DNA from: Octopus vulgaris
Lineage: Eukaryota
Length of the DNA stretch: 64,000 nucleotides
Assembly: GCA_951406725.2 (NCBI GenBank)
Contig: OX597823.1
Coordinates: forward strand, 8,680,001-8,744,000
Direction: 5' to 3'
Under the pieces are notes generated by a model. The model had not been told where the DNA came from, made no database searches, and was given only the letters and a program-made list of their open reading frames with translations. Below, one piece after another: positions 13,421-27,122 of this stretch. Made by a program: the position numbers and the translations under genes. Every line of letters begins with the position of its first letter. Within the stretch, counting starts at the first letter, position 1.

Positions 13421-13967
13421 AAAGGTATACGTTAGTTCACGAAAACATTCCTTCAGAATCAGATTCCAACGGGCAAAAATATAGAAGAAACTTCAGTAAT
13501 ATGTCACTTGTGTTTTAACCACTGTCAATCAGCAGCTGGTCTTATAAGTCATCAACGGAGTGATTGTGCTATGCGATGGAGTGTGGTGTGTATGTTGATA
13601 GGATGACTATCATGTGCCAAGATGAAGCAATATGTATGATGTATGTATGCATCTAGGTATGTGCATGTTTGTGTGTGCGAGTGCATTGAAAGAGTTAAGG
13701 GGTTTACAACGAATAAATTTATGTTAAAAACTGAAAGGAAGAAAATACTTTGAAAAAATTGTCACGGGTGAAGGAAAAATATTTAGATTTTTAACAAAAT
13801 ATGCTACTGGTTTCAATTGGCTTACTTATCCTGTAAGATAAAATAAATTGAAATAAATACGATTATTCCCTGTTCTGGGAAGTCAACGTTTCTCTTAAAA
13901 ATTTCACTGTCTCTGATGGCTGTTGGGTAGTAGTAGTTGTTGTTGTGGTGGTAGTAGTTTAAAAATG

Positions 13968-14365
13968 GGTGGCAGTGTGGTAAGTAGCTTGCTTACCAAC
14001 CACACAGCTCCGGGTTCAGTCCCACTGCGTGGCACCTTGGGCAAGTGTCTTCTACTATAGCCTCGGGCCGACCAAAGCCTTGTGAGTGGATTTGGTAGAC
14101 GGAAACTGAAAGAAGCCCGTCGTATATATGTATATGTATATATATGTGTGTGTGTGTGTGTGTGTTTGTCTCCTCGACATCGCTTGACAACCGATGCTGG
14201 TGTGTTTACGTCCCCGTAACTTAGTGGTTCGGCAAAAGAGACCGATAGGATAAGTACTTGGCTTACAAAGAATAAGTCCTGGGGTAGATTTGCTCGACTA
14301 AAAAGGCCGTGCTCCAGCATAGCCGCAGTCAAATGACTGAAACAAGTAAAAGAGAAAGAGAAAAG
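13968..14365 (+). mobile_element. tRNA-derived SINE family A (CORE-like, internal TA/TG microsatellite)
   Basis: TGG..GTGTGGTAAG / GGTTCAGTCCC boxes, GGCACCTTGGGCAAGT core-like motif, tail CAGTCAAATGACTGAAACAAGTAAAAGA. Confidence 0.9.
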
Positions 14366-14499
14366 AGAGAGTTGTTCTTTGTTCATGCTGGGTATGTTGT
14401 TATTAAGGAGAGTCTATTAGAAGTTAGACAAGCGATGGATTCTCGCGTCGATCGTATGGATGTTCGACTTTTGCCGAACGACTGGCAAAAATGATTCGT

Positions 14500-14697
14500 T
14501 TATAATGATCAAATGTATGTGCCGTACATCGTCTTACTCCCTACATCAAATCGGCGTTGTCTGAACAGGTGATCGCAGAGCAACGCGAGATGAAGTGCTT
14601 TGTTCAAGAACTCAACACACCACCCGGTCTAGGATTCGAAACCACGATCTTGCGATCATGAGTGCAACACCCTAATCGTTGGGCCATGCGTCCTCAC
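14500..14697 (-). mobile_element. tRNA-derived SINE family D, diverged (head related to family B)
   Basis: Reverse complement GCATGGCCCAACGATTAGGG...GGTTTCGAATCC...GTTCTTGAACAAAGCACTT. Confidence 0.7.
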
Positions 14698-14937
14698 AGT
14701 AGCAGCAGGGATGGTGCTACTACTATTTTGGACACTGCGATAGGCACAGTACAAGTGTAAAAAGGTACACGGGTATTTACATCGAATAAATAGAAGGCAA
14801 AATCAACAAATTCAAAAATAATAGATTCACAACAAAAAAATACCACCATTGAGAGGGGGTGGAATGACTGGAGTAATTTGGAGAACACCCGGATTAAGCT
14901 GTCTCTGTTCGCTTAGGATTCTGTTGCTGTTTGCAAT

Positions 14938-15109
14938 AGGCATAAGAGTGGCTGTGTGGTAAGTAGCTTGCTTACCAACCACATGGTTCCGGGTTCAGTC
15001 CCACTACGTGGCATCTTGGGCAAGTGTTTTCTACTATAGCCTCGGACCGACCAAAGCCGTGTGAGTGGATTTGATAGATGGAAACTGAAAGAAACCCGTC
15101 GTATATATG

Positions 15110-15140
<31 letters not shown>

Positions 15141-15343
15141 TTGTGTTTGTCCTCTCAACATCGCTTGACAATCGATGATGGTGTGGATTCGTCCCCGTAA
15201 CTTAGCAGTTCGGCAAAAGAGAACGATAGAATGAGTACTAGGCTTACAAAGAATAAGTCCCGGGGTCGATTTGCTCGACTAAAGGCGGTGTTCCAGCATG
15301 GCCACAGTCACATGACTGAAACAAGTAAAGAGTGAGTAAAAGA
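14938..15343 (+). mobile_element. SINE family A
   Basis: Full-length match to other family A copies. Confidence 0.9.
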
Positions 15344-18300
15344 GTTTCATTCGCTTTATTGTTCAGTAAACATATGTAAAAGAAAAGGAAATACGCATAA
15401 TTCAGCCAAACGAGTGACATCCGAGTCTGAATGGTTCTGGTAAAGAAATAGAGATGTTTGTATCAGACATTATTCTTTTGTTGTTGGATTTTTGGTAAAT
15501 TTAAATTTATAGCAGCATCGCATTACGCAAAAACAAAATTATAACGAAACTTTAAAGCCAATGCCAATGGGATTTGAACGAAGAATATAAAATAAAATAA
15601 AAAATGAGAATATAAGAATTAATATAAAAAACAAGTTGTTGATGGTGGTTGTGGTAATTTATTACAATGATAAACATATTCACACTATGAAGACGCATTT
15701 CATTACTCCATAATGCAGAAAAAGGAATTCTATTCTAGTGTATGATATTATGCTATATAATTTTGTTTCCTACTTTACTCATTTTTACTTGTGGTTAGAA
15801 AACCAGAGAGAAAACCATGGCCATTATGAAATACGTTCCACCCACCACCTCTGGTCTGTGCTTATTCCAAGACGTATTCAGAGAAAATATTTACTGCATC
15901 AATATTTAGCAGGCCACAAGGATACATTAGTTGTTATTGCATATATTGTACATTAGTCTAGATTCTATGTAATAGGAATTAATCAGGACCCTGTTATTCG
16001 ATATTCTACATACCACACAGAGAAAAGCGGGATAACTAACTTTGATGTACTGGAACTGATACACAACAAAGGGCAGCATAACCGGGTGGGGGATAACTAT
16101 ACGTCAATACTTTTGGTGAAATAGGAGGGAAATATAAGTCGATAGTGTTGAAAAGAAAGAGTCATATAATAAGATATTGTGGATCGCATGGCTTTCACCT
16201 TATGCTTAGGAACTCACACAATGTCGATATAGTGGAAGAAATATCAGTAAAATAGCGGTGCCACACATCAATATAATGAATCACGCGCGGTAGAAGATGG
16301 TGATTTGTATTTCAATGTACGTGTATCTGTGTGTATGTCTGTCAGTATACGAAAGCTTCCTCACAAGTTACGCTTATATGATTTCATTTGGAAGCCAGCG
16401 GTCAATCAAAGACTATGATAGAAGACCGGGGCACTAAATACCAAATAGTAAGACTGAACCTAGTACCAGAATGTAGCAATGACATACAACACAAAAGCAG
16501 CTGTAACTTTCTAAATATTTTTATATGGAATATGCAAGCATTTCTATCTCAGGCTATGAATTGGAATGGGGAAAAGATGCAGTCTACTTGTATTCAGTTC
16601 ACCACATTTTCTTTTATTTTTCCTATTTGCTTTGTTTCTACTAGAGAGCGTTATTGTGTGAAAAGTATACACATTATCTTTTATTCGGATTGTTAATGGC
16701 TGGCTTAGTGTTCCACTTTTATAAACCTTTAGGTAAAAAGGATTAAAAAGAATTATTTAATGCTCAATCAAATCGGAGACTCATTGCGTCAGAGAAAAAT
16801 TAAGACTGTCACATCGAGTTGGTTTAATAGAGAGTATAGGGTTACCCTGCTTAGACGGGCAGAGATTGCTATAACGAGAGTAGAAACTAAAATAGTAGAA
16901 AACGTGGATTTACTGAAATGACTTACAATGTATATTTATAAAAGAAAATGGCATTTTCCATCATACACCTTTAGTCATCCGACTCCAATGCTAAATAATG
17001 GTGGCATATATTGCTGGTTATTGAAGCCACCTAGTTTGGTTATTGACAGGGATATATATATATATATATGATGTATATATTGGTAGTTGACAGTGATTCC
17101 CGTCGGACTGGCTGTCAGATGTCGAAATTAGCTTAAATTTATATTCTGCTCGGGCTCGCAAAATTTAAACATTCAATTTCCATTTTACTCACTTTTCTTT
17201 TGTTCATTGAGTGTTAGTTTCTATTGTTTATCGCATTTGTATTCATCACTTCCATTGTGACTTTCAGCCAAACAAGACATTCATAAGTTTTTTTTTTTCC
17301 TCTTTTTCTTTTATAGGAACTTGTAATTGCATATTTCCTCTAAATTGCTTGCTGAAACATCTTACACGTCTGCGAAATCACACTAGTGGGATTTGTAGGA
17401 GACACATAAAGAATAAAATCAAATACAACTTAAAAACAAAATAGTAAACAATTATGTATTTATTTAAAAAAATGGAGTCGGTTTAGCTTAAAAAAAAAAA
17501 TCGTTCAAAAAGGCATTTCAATGCAGGACTTCCTTCACTTTTGGGTATATCGAATTCCAATGAAAATTAACTTCAAAGTGTATGTATAAAATAGGAGAAA
17601 TACGCATAATTCATCGGAGCGAGTGACATGCGAATCAGTCTGCTTCTAGAAAAGAAATATCGAGCTTGCTAACAGACGAATTGTTCTTTTGTATTTATGC
17701 ACTTTTTGGTAAGTTTAGATTTATGGCATCATCGTATTACATAAAAAAAAGGTTAAAACTGAAACTTCATGAAAACAAAATTAATCGCGAATTGTCTTTT
17801 TGTTCGTTTTCTTTGCCATATACATTATTGTATATATTTTCCTCTCGGTGTAGTATGACATGGAGTTTTTTTTAAAGTAAAACATCGAGAACTAAATGGA
17901 ATTCAATGTTGTCGGAGATCATATATTATAGCTTAACAAAATAACAGACGAGTTGCGATGGCCAATAGTAAACTGTAACAGATCCAGCTTTTAACAACGA
18001 TATCAGTATTGATTTTATTGAGATCAGCTAATTCAGCTTCTATAAATAAATCGTTTACTGCATACATTACTGTGGCAGTAAGACATGCCAGATGGAATAT
18101 GCTTTCAATGTAACACATGATAGCTAATAGAAAACCTTACTTGATCAGGCCTTCAGGCGAGAGCTATTTTAGATAGAATTAAATTTTAAAAACTTGGCTT
18201 TTAAAGTCTGTATTTTCATGTACTAAATCAACTCTTGATATTGATTAGGCTGTAGTTTAACTACCATTCTTTCTGGCGTCCTTCATTATGTATCATCAAT

Positions 18301-18989
18301 TGTATTTGAGAGATTTTCTTTCCTACGTATAATAATTGTTATGTTGTTTGTTTTCCAGGACACATCACAAAAGGTTGTTCGTATAACATTTCTTTCATTC
18401 TACGTCTCCTCTACACATTCTTATATGTCGTACTTTTGTGAATCTTATTTTATAGCGTGTATTTCCTATCTCAATTTAGAATGGCAGAAATGTTGACACT
18501 GCTCAATAGAATCTAGTTTGAGAGTTGAGTGTTTTCTATGCCAAAATTTAATTTTAGTTCTTCGGTTTTCCACTAATAGAATATTTCGTTCATCACCTAC
18601 GTGCCAAGCAATACATCCGTAAGGCATTTTGATTTTGCTGTTGTTAACCACCTCAGCCGAAGCAATCTTCTGCAGAATTATTAACTACATTCATTTTACT
18701 TCACTTGCAGGCTTCTCACAAAAAGACCCCAGTTCAAAGGGCAACGTACTGTTAATTGTAGCCACTTAACCCTAAAATATATATTTTGCAATAACCAAAG
18801 CAACGAATAAAAGAACTGCAAAAACCTGCAAAGTCTATAGGATTCCACATATTGTATCAAGAAGCTTCATATTAAAGGAAAACAAGAGAAATAAACATGA
18901 AAGACGTCAAACATAATACGATTACATAATTTATGACGTTACATTTTGGTCTTTATACATCATATTATTACTTTTTACCTTTCATTTTC

Positions 18990-19617
<628 letters not shown>

Positions 19618-19889
19618 CCCGCCTCTTTCTTCGGTACTGAAAGGCATTGAATTCTAGTTGGCACAAACTGCATATTTATGGAAAGAATGCAATAATTTAA
19701 ATCGAACCGCGTGCTTCTGCTGTACTTTATTTTTTGAAGCCCACAAAGGCGAAAGTCATGTTGCTCTCATCATAACTCGAACTCAAAATGGTTGTAGTCA
19801 AGATTCGATAATGTCGTTTGTCTGTCAACCACCACATTTTTAATTTGGAAAATTGTGAGTGTGCATTCCTATATTGCCCAACATTGATA

Positions 19890-20290
19890 TTCTTTTATTC
19901 TTTTATTAATTTATTTGTTTCAGTTATTTGATTGCGGCCATGCTGGAGCCCCGCCTGTAGTCGAGTAAATCGACCCTAGGATTTATTCTTTGTAAGCCTA
20001 GTACTTATTCTATCGTTCGCTTTTGCCGAACCGCTAAGTCACGTGGCCGTAAACATACCAGCATCGGTTGTCAAGTGATGTTGGGGTGACAAGCACAGAT
20101 ACACAGACACATGCGCACACACACACACACATATATATATATATACATACATATATACGACAAGCTTTTCTTCAGTTTCCGTCTACTAAATCCACTCACA
20201 AGGCTCTGCCCAAGGTTCCACGCAGTGGGATTGAACCCGGAATCATGTGGTTGGTAAGCAAGCTACTTACTACACAGTCACTCCTGCGAC
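19890..20290 (-). mobile_element. SINE family A (small internal deletion)
   Basis: Reverse-complement match to family A. Confidence 0.88.
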
Positions 20291-20471
20291 TATATATCTA
20301 TCAAATCATAATGCATGAGAAAATATAAGGATTTTATTAAGTATAATATCACTATTATGTCTAAACAGTTAAACGAGGTGGAGCAAGAACTCTTAGACTG
20401 GCCTGATAGAAACAACTGTAAAGTTTCATTCAAATAAAAGCACAATATATCTCTCAAACAACTCTCTACAT

Positions 20472-20634
20472 AGGCGCATACGTGGTTGTGTTGTAAGAGG
20501 TTTGCTTCTCAGCCACACGGGTCCTCGTTCAGTTCCACTGCATGACAACTTGGGCAAGTATCTTCTACTATAGTCTCGGGCTGACCAAAGCATTGTGAGT
20601 GGATGTTGGTAACGGAAACTGAAAGAAACCCGCC

Positions 20635-20640
<6 letters not shown>
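20472..20640 (+). mobile_element. SINE family A 5' half (interrupted at its internal TA tract)
   Basis: Head through GAAAGAAACCCGCCGTATAT; matching 3' half at 22920-23152. Confidence 0.8.
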
Positions 20641-20679
<39 letters not shown>

Positions 20680-20683
<4 letters not shown>

Positions 20684-21956
20684 GTTGTCAACTAAGTTCC
20701 CGCCGTTTTTTAAAAATGAAGATTTTTAAAAAAAGTTTACCAAAAAATAACTAATTAATCAATGTATTCACCCTTGATGTTTACAACTTATTTCCTTACG
20801 TTCAACAAGATTTTCTATACCTCGTTGGTAGAAATCACTGGTTTTCGACTAGAAAAATTGATCCAACAAAGCTCTCAATTCTGCATCGAAATTCCGCTCA
20901 TAGCATTTGTAAGAGATCGAAAGAGGAGGTGGAAATCCATAAGTGGTAAATCAGTAGAGTACGGCAAGTGTGGCAGCACTTCCCAGCCATGAATTTGAAT
21001 GGCTTCCTTGGTCATAGGTGGGCATTGTCGTGCAGCAGAAGAACTCTATGCTGCCGATTAGGTCATTTCTCTTGGAAAGCCGTGTTGAGTCGTTCCATCT
21101 GTTGAACATAGTTCCGCGTTGACCGTTTGGTTCCTTTCAAGTAATTCGTAATGGATAATCCCTTCCAAGTCCCACCATATGCACAACATCGTTTTACACG
21201 GACGAAGATCGTGTTTCACGCACGGTGTCGCTTGTTTACCGAGGCTAAGCCGTTCCTTACGTTGCTTCATATTGATGTACGGGCACTATTTTTCTTCGCC
21301 AGTAACGATTCGGTAAAGAAATCGTTGCTTGTACTCATGAGTGAATAGCAAGCAAACCAGCGGAGATTGTGGATCGTTGGTTTTTTGCCGTTGTCACTTA
21401 AAGCATGCGGAACTCATACTCCAAACTTCTGAACCTTTCCCATCGAGTGAGGATGCTTCTCTATAGCAGTTTGAGAGCATTCCATTTTCTCTACCAGTTC
21501 TCTTGTAGTTTGATGAGTAGTTTCGTGTAAATGTTGGTTTAATCGCTCTTCATCGAACTCTACTGGACGGCCATAACGAGGTGCGTCTTTGAGGTCAAAA
21601 ATTTCCATTTTTGAACTTAGCATACCAATCATGAGCGAATTTTTCAACTATGACACACTCTCCATACACAGATGTCGCGAGCAGCTTTTGCGGCCTTAGA
21701 ACCTTGATTAAAAGCAAACAGAAGGAGGTGTCACAAAGGCATGTTTTTTCTTAATTTGACATTGCATTTTATTGATCTGAAAATAAACAAAAATTAACTA
21801 GAACGAAAATAAACTAAAATTAACTAGAAAAAAACGATTCCAAAATGATTCTCAAAAATAGAATTCTCGAAAAAAAATAAATTCCAAAATTTAAAAACGC
21901 AATAAATTCCAAAATTAAATTCCAAAACAATGGCGGGAACTTAGTTGCCAACCCAA
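20680..21956 (-). mobile_element. Mariner (DD34D) DNA transposon, full length, defective transposase
   Basis: TIRs TTGGGTTGTCAACTAAGTTCCCGCC / GGCGGGAACTTAGTTGCCAACCCAA, TA flanks; motifs DAPRYGRPVEFD, MLCIWWD, HLPYSTDLPLMDFHLFRSL. Confidence 0.93.
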
Positions 21957-21978
21957 TAAATATATATATATATATATA

Positions 21979-22874
21979 TATAATTTCAACAATTGAGGGT
22001 AAAATTAATTAATTATTAATCAATTTCACCAAGTATTCAGTATGTAAAGGGACCATTTAAGGAGAATTCAAAATATTACATTTTATAAAGGGCTTAGTAA
22101 AATAAATTACTTTGCCATATACTGAACTCATTAGAAATAGCAGCCAAAAAAAATTTTTTTAGCCATTTCTAATACTTAAAGAAAATTTCTCTCAGATAGT
22201 GTTTACTCAAAATAGCCCACGAAGGTATGGGGGTAAAAACATTAAAAAATCACAAGTGCAAAGATTATTTGAGAACGTACGTTTCTAGATCAGCCAAATA
22301 CAATTCGACATTTCTTTCGTCAGCTCAAAATTCCTTAATTCGGATTTGTAAACACTGAAAATAGGAGCATACCTTTTTGGCGACTTTTCACCTCCGAAGA
22401 TCCGTTCAAACTAACAGTGCCAACAAATTCAAAATATGCAAGCGAAGAATTTCTGCTCTCCCCTTTCCACCCACGTGGGCTAACCTAGCAAACACCATAA
22501 TTTTATCGGTGAAAACCGAAACATTAAACAGAGAGAAATGAATTATAATTTCAACAATTGAGGGTAAAATTAATTAATTTTTAATCAATTTCACCAAGTA
22601 TTCAGTATGTAAAGGGACCATTTAAGGCGAATTCAAAATATTACATTTTATAAAGGGCTTAGTAAAATAAATTACTTTGCCACATACTGAACTCATTAGA
22701 AATAGCAGCCCAAAAAAATTTTTTTAGCCATTTCTAATACTTAAAGAAAATTTCTCTCACTATCTGAGAGAAATTTTCTTTAAGTATTAGAAATGGCTAA
22801 AAAAACTTTTTTTGGCTGCTATTTCTAATGAGTTCAGTATGTGGCAAAGTAATTTATTTTACTAAGCCCTTTAT

Positions 22875-22879
<5 letters not shown>
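21979..22879 (-). mobile_element. Non-coding Penelope-like (pLTR/retrozyme-like) element: partial tandem plus inverted end, with hammerhead
   Basis: Direct repeat 21979-22194 / 22544-22759 (period 565 bp); 22758-22879 is an inverted copy of ~22080-22201; hammerhead at 22268-22329; flanked by (TA)n. Confidence 0.8.
22268..22329 (-). ncRNA. Minimal type-I hammerhead ribozyme motif (canonical core)
   Basis: UUUGAG-CUGACGA-[stem II region]-GAAACGUACGUU-CUCAAA: 6-bp stem I, CUGANGA and GAAA core, palindromic stem III ACGUACGU, GUU cleavage triplet; stem II imperfect. Confidence 0.8.
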
Positions 22880-22919
<40 letters not shown>

Positions 22920-23152
22920 TATATATATATGTGTGCGCCTGTGGGGGTCATTGTGTCTGCCCCCCCCACCTTTTGACAACCAGCAATAGTATTTTTAGTT
23001 CCCAGTAAAATAATTTTTCGGAAAAAGAGATCGATAGAATAAGTTCAAAACTTTAAAAAATACTGGGTCGATTTATGCTGGTAGAAGTTCTTCAAGGCGA
23101 AGCCAGAATATGGCTGCAGCCTAATGACTGAAGCAAGTAAAAGATAAAAGAG
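22920..23152 (+). mobile_element. SINE family A 3' half, diverged
   Basis: TTGACAACC...GATCGATAGAATAAG...GGGTCGATTT...AATGACTGAAGCAAGTAAAAGA. Confidence 0.75.
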
Positions 23153-23397
23153 ACTATGTCTCAAATAGATATATTGCGTAAGACTTTTATTCCTTGGCTA
23201 CTGTGTTTATGTCTTTGGTCGGAATCCTTCTTAATAGGATATCAAATAGCGAGTAACAATAACCATAAAAAAAGTCAATCCGGTTATATTTCTAAATATA
23301 TGTCACATTATGTTTTTCCTTTTAAATTGTACCATATTCACCCAAACAAACCCTCTATGTAAACAAACAAACAAAGAAACACACACACACACACACA

Positions 23398-23436
<39 letters not shown>

Positions 23437-24085
23437 TCTTAAAAGGAACCGAACGATTTATAACTGAAAAAACAATATGCCGAGCATTAAATTTACACAC
23501 CAGAGCAGTAAAACGTCGTAGTATTTTCTTGTCTCGGAGTTCCTGTTCATGTAAATTAGCAATTATATATCTCTTGATATACTCGTCCATTATCTTCTTA
23601 ATCTGTCTTTAGCCTAAAACAGTCTAGTAAACAACCTTTCACCTTATATACCTGGAATTGTTTCTTGCTCATATTTTCCTTATTTATTGCTACTTATAAA
23701 GCGGAAGATCAACCACTTTCGTGGATCTTAATGCATATTCATATTATTCTTGTGGCATATTCCTCGTTGCAATGCACAATAAATACGCTTGGCAGATTTA
23801 GCAAACTTAAATATCGTATTTTTATCATGGTAGACATTTTTCTAGCAAATTTAACATTCGAAGATATTTTTAACTTTTGAATTTATGAAAAAATAGGCTA
23901 AGATTACGAACTTTAGAGTAAGATTATCTTACGAGTTGTTTTTGTTGAAGGTGGTATTCTTGTTCCTGATGATGATAATGTTGCTATCATAATTTTTATA
24001 ATTTTTCAAAAGGTGGGCTTGAAATATCGAACTTTTAAAGAGAAATGTATCTACAATAATAAAAAGTGTGTGTGTGTGTGTGTGC

Positions 24086-24134
<49 letters not shown>

Positions 24135-24428
24135 GGGGAGAAGAGGGGAGAAACGCTTCGGGTAAAGAGTGTAAAGACAGATCACGAGAAAAGGAGAGAA
24201 ACGGAAATAGAGATTCGTACAAAAAATACGAACACCAAAGAAATACAAAAAATATGGTGCTCCAAGGAAAGTGAGAGAAAATGAGAAATTAAAAATGAGA
24301 TAATGAAATGTGAGTGAGAGTTTGTGGGCGTAGAAACAGGGGAGAAAATGAAAGAAACCAAGGGAAAAAAAAGAGTTTAAGGAAAAGGAAGAGAATAAAG
24401 AGAAAGGTGAAAAACATGGGGTATAATG

Positions 24429-24465
<37 letters not shown>

Positions 24466-25631
24466 ATGTGGTAGATGTGTGAATGCTAATGTAAAAAAGT
24501 GACAAAATGGAAGAAATAAGTAGAGTGAAAGATAGAATAAAGGGAAGAGAGAAAAAGGAGAAAAGGAGTGTGTGTTGATGGTCAGCGATAGAGAGAAAAC
24601 GTTTTTGTAATTAATTTCAGGGAAAGAAATCCAGAAGAATACATGCTTTCTCCAAAACGAAAACGGAAATGTTTTAAAGTGTATTCTTGTTGAAGAAATA
24701 ATAGACAAAAGAAGTCATCGACATATGAGAGGTGACTGTACTTAACTAAAGATTATTGATTTGATCTTGGAAATCTTAAGAACTATGAAGAAAGGGAAAT
24801 AAAATACATGAAATTTACTCTTTTTACTGAAAAATATTTATTGGTTAATTAAATGTAATTGTTTCGATCAGTAGTAAGACGTATATTTTGAACTTTGTTA
24901 CCCAATAGAACATAGCTAACGACAAAGTATGATACAAACGGATAATTGGTCGGCAGACAAAACGGGAAGGTAACGGGATACATCTGTTGAAATTCTCCTT
25001 ACATGAATAGATATTGAACGTATACTAGTGCAATATTAATTATATATATATTGAACCACACAACGTACGATATAATAGTAATCTATTTTGTACATATGAA
25101 CGAGTCTCCTTTAAAAGGTTCTTTAGTTTGAACAGAAGTTAATGGGAGTACGTGATCAGTCATTAATTACATTTCTTTTCCGACTTTTCGCCTACTAAAG
25201 ATATGAACATGAACATTTGAATGATTTCATAGAACTCGGTACGGATGACACTTTTTCTTCAATCTAGAATTTTACTAAAGACACAGTTGTTCTCCGCCTG
25301 ATTTGCACTCGGAATGTAAATGCTAGACGTGTTGAAATGGCTGTCCACGGAAGGACAATGTTCACAATATGTTCACAACACTCAAATTAAAAGTTACCAC
25401 CCATAGTCTGTCATATTGGGTCACTTAATGTGTTCTTACAGGATCATTCTGTCCTTAGCAAAAACGGAACTATGGCTCTGTATAGAACTGCTTGTATTGA
25501 GTACATTGATTGTAGAAGAAATAATATTATGATAATTAAGTGGATGACATAAAGCATCTGATAGTAAAACATATAGCTGCATTGTCAAAGAATTACAGTT
25601 AGGCATCTTTCTTCAAACACCAGTACATATT

Positions 25632-25863
25632 TTTTTCTTTACTACCCACAAGGGGCTAAACACAGAGGGGACAAACAAGGACAGACAAAGGGATTAAGTC
25701 AATTACATCAAACCCAGTGCGTAACTGGTACTTAATTTATCGACCCCGAAAGGATGAAAGGCAAAGTCGACCTCGGCAGAATTTGAACTCGGAACGTAAC
25801 GACAAATGAAATACGGTTACGCATTTCGCCCGGTGTGCTAACGTTTCTGCCAGCTCACCGCCT
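25632..25863 (-). mobile_element. SINE family C, full length, young
   Basis: Head GGCGGTGAGCTGGCAGAAACGTTAGC, B-box GAGTTCAAATTC, tail CCCCTTGTGGGTAGTAAAGAAA; 14-bp TSD CACCAGTACATATT at 25618-25631 and 25864-25877. Confidence 0.92.
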
Positions 25864-26879
25864 CACCAGTACATATTATTTAACGTTAGCAGGACATAGA
25901 ATGCAAAAAGAAAACAAAAACACATTCTACATGATGTCTTTTCACTACTACACGTTTCCTCTTCTTTTCCTTTTCTTAAGCTCCTTTACCTCTCCAATAC
26001 CAAATTACAAAACACAAGTTTATAGAAATAAGTAACCTGAATTTTAAAAAGAAACGTCCCTCGTTTTCTTTGTGGACAAAGTGAACATGAATGGGCTAAA
26101 TATAAATTATATCAAAAAGCAATTGGATCTCATAACACAATATTCCATTATTACTAGAATAAAATTTTCTTGGTAAGACGAGAAAAATATCTGTTTTGCC
26201 TCTTCCCCAAACTGAACACGAACCGTTATACAATACAGTCATGCATTTGACTTTCTGAATAGGATGCTACAAGAACTTAGTGAGATGAACATAATATCTG
26301 CTCAATGTTACTGAGTTATTGAAAATGTCAATATCGATAGTTTCAAATCATTATCTTTCCCATGTAGGAAGGGCGGTCATAGCCTTATATGTGTAAATGC
26401 CTATTGATAGTATATGAAATTGTCTCAGTAACTATCTTACGTTCACGAACACGAAAATTAGAAGGGATGTGCATGAGTTTACAGTTGTTTTAGACTGCTC
26501 CATTTTTCATTCGGAATTGTATGCGAGAATAACCTTCAAATAAACGTTGATTCCTTCCAAGCGTTGACCTACTATTAGATATATATGGTGTTATATCATT
26601 AATTGACATCACACAACTGATCACACGTCAAACCAGAATTACAGTAGGTTAGTCACCTAACAATAACGCCTCCAGATGAATATTGTCATTATAAAATCAT
26701 GTTTCTTGACGAAAATTCACCGAACGACGAAAGTTACATCTCTATTATATTCTCAAGAAAAAATGTTACAACAAAGCAACATGAATCTCTTGTATCATTG
26801 ACAAAGTGATTAATGATATATACATATATACGCATACATTTATATGCATGCCTACGTGTACAATTATGTGTTCGTGTAA

Positions 26880-27122
26880 TGGAGAGAGAGAGAGGAGAAA
26901 TGGAAAGAAAAGAAGAGACGTCAACAAGAGACTATGGCATTACAACCAGCCAGGAACAGTCTTCGCTACATTTGCGGTACCTGCCAGAGGGAGTGTTTGT
27001 CCAGGATAGGACTACACAGCCACAGCAGGAAATGTATCAGGACATGAAATGTAAAAGCCGGACTAGACTGCTTTATGCGCAACTCCATTGTCTCCCGAGA
27101 CAGAAAGGATGCCAACCAACCA
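26880..27122 (+). mobile_element. RTE-clade LINE 3' end
   Basis: KEKKRRQQ...YICGTCQRECLSRIGLHSHSRKC* (RTE C-terminal zinc finger), then TGTCTCCCGAGACA hairpin and (CCAA)n tail. Confidence 0.85.

Noticed and set aside
13904-14386. Recurrent RRASFSFRLPNPLTR...PRSGTEPG ORFs at several loci
   Set aside because: Antisense reading of SINE family A; recurrence reflects repeat copies
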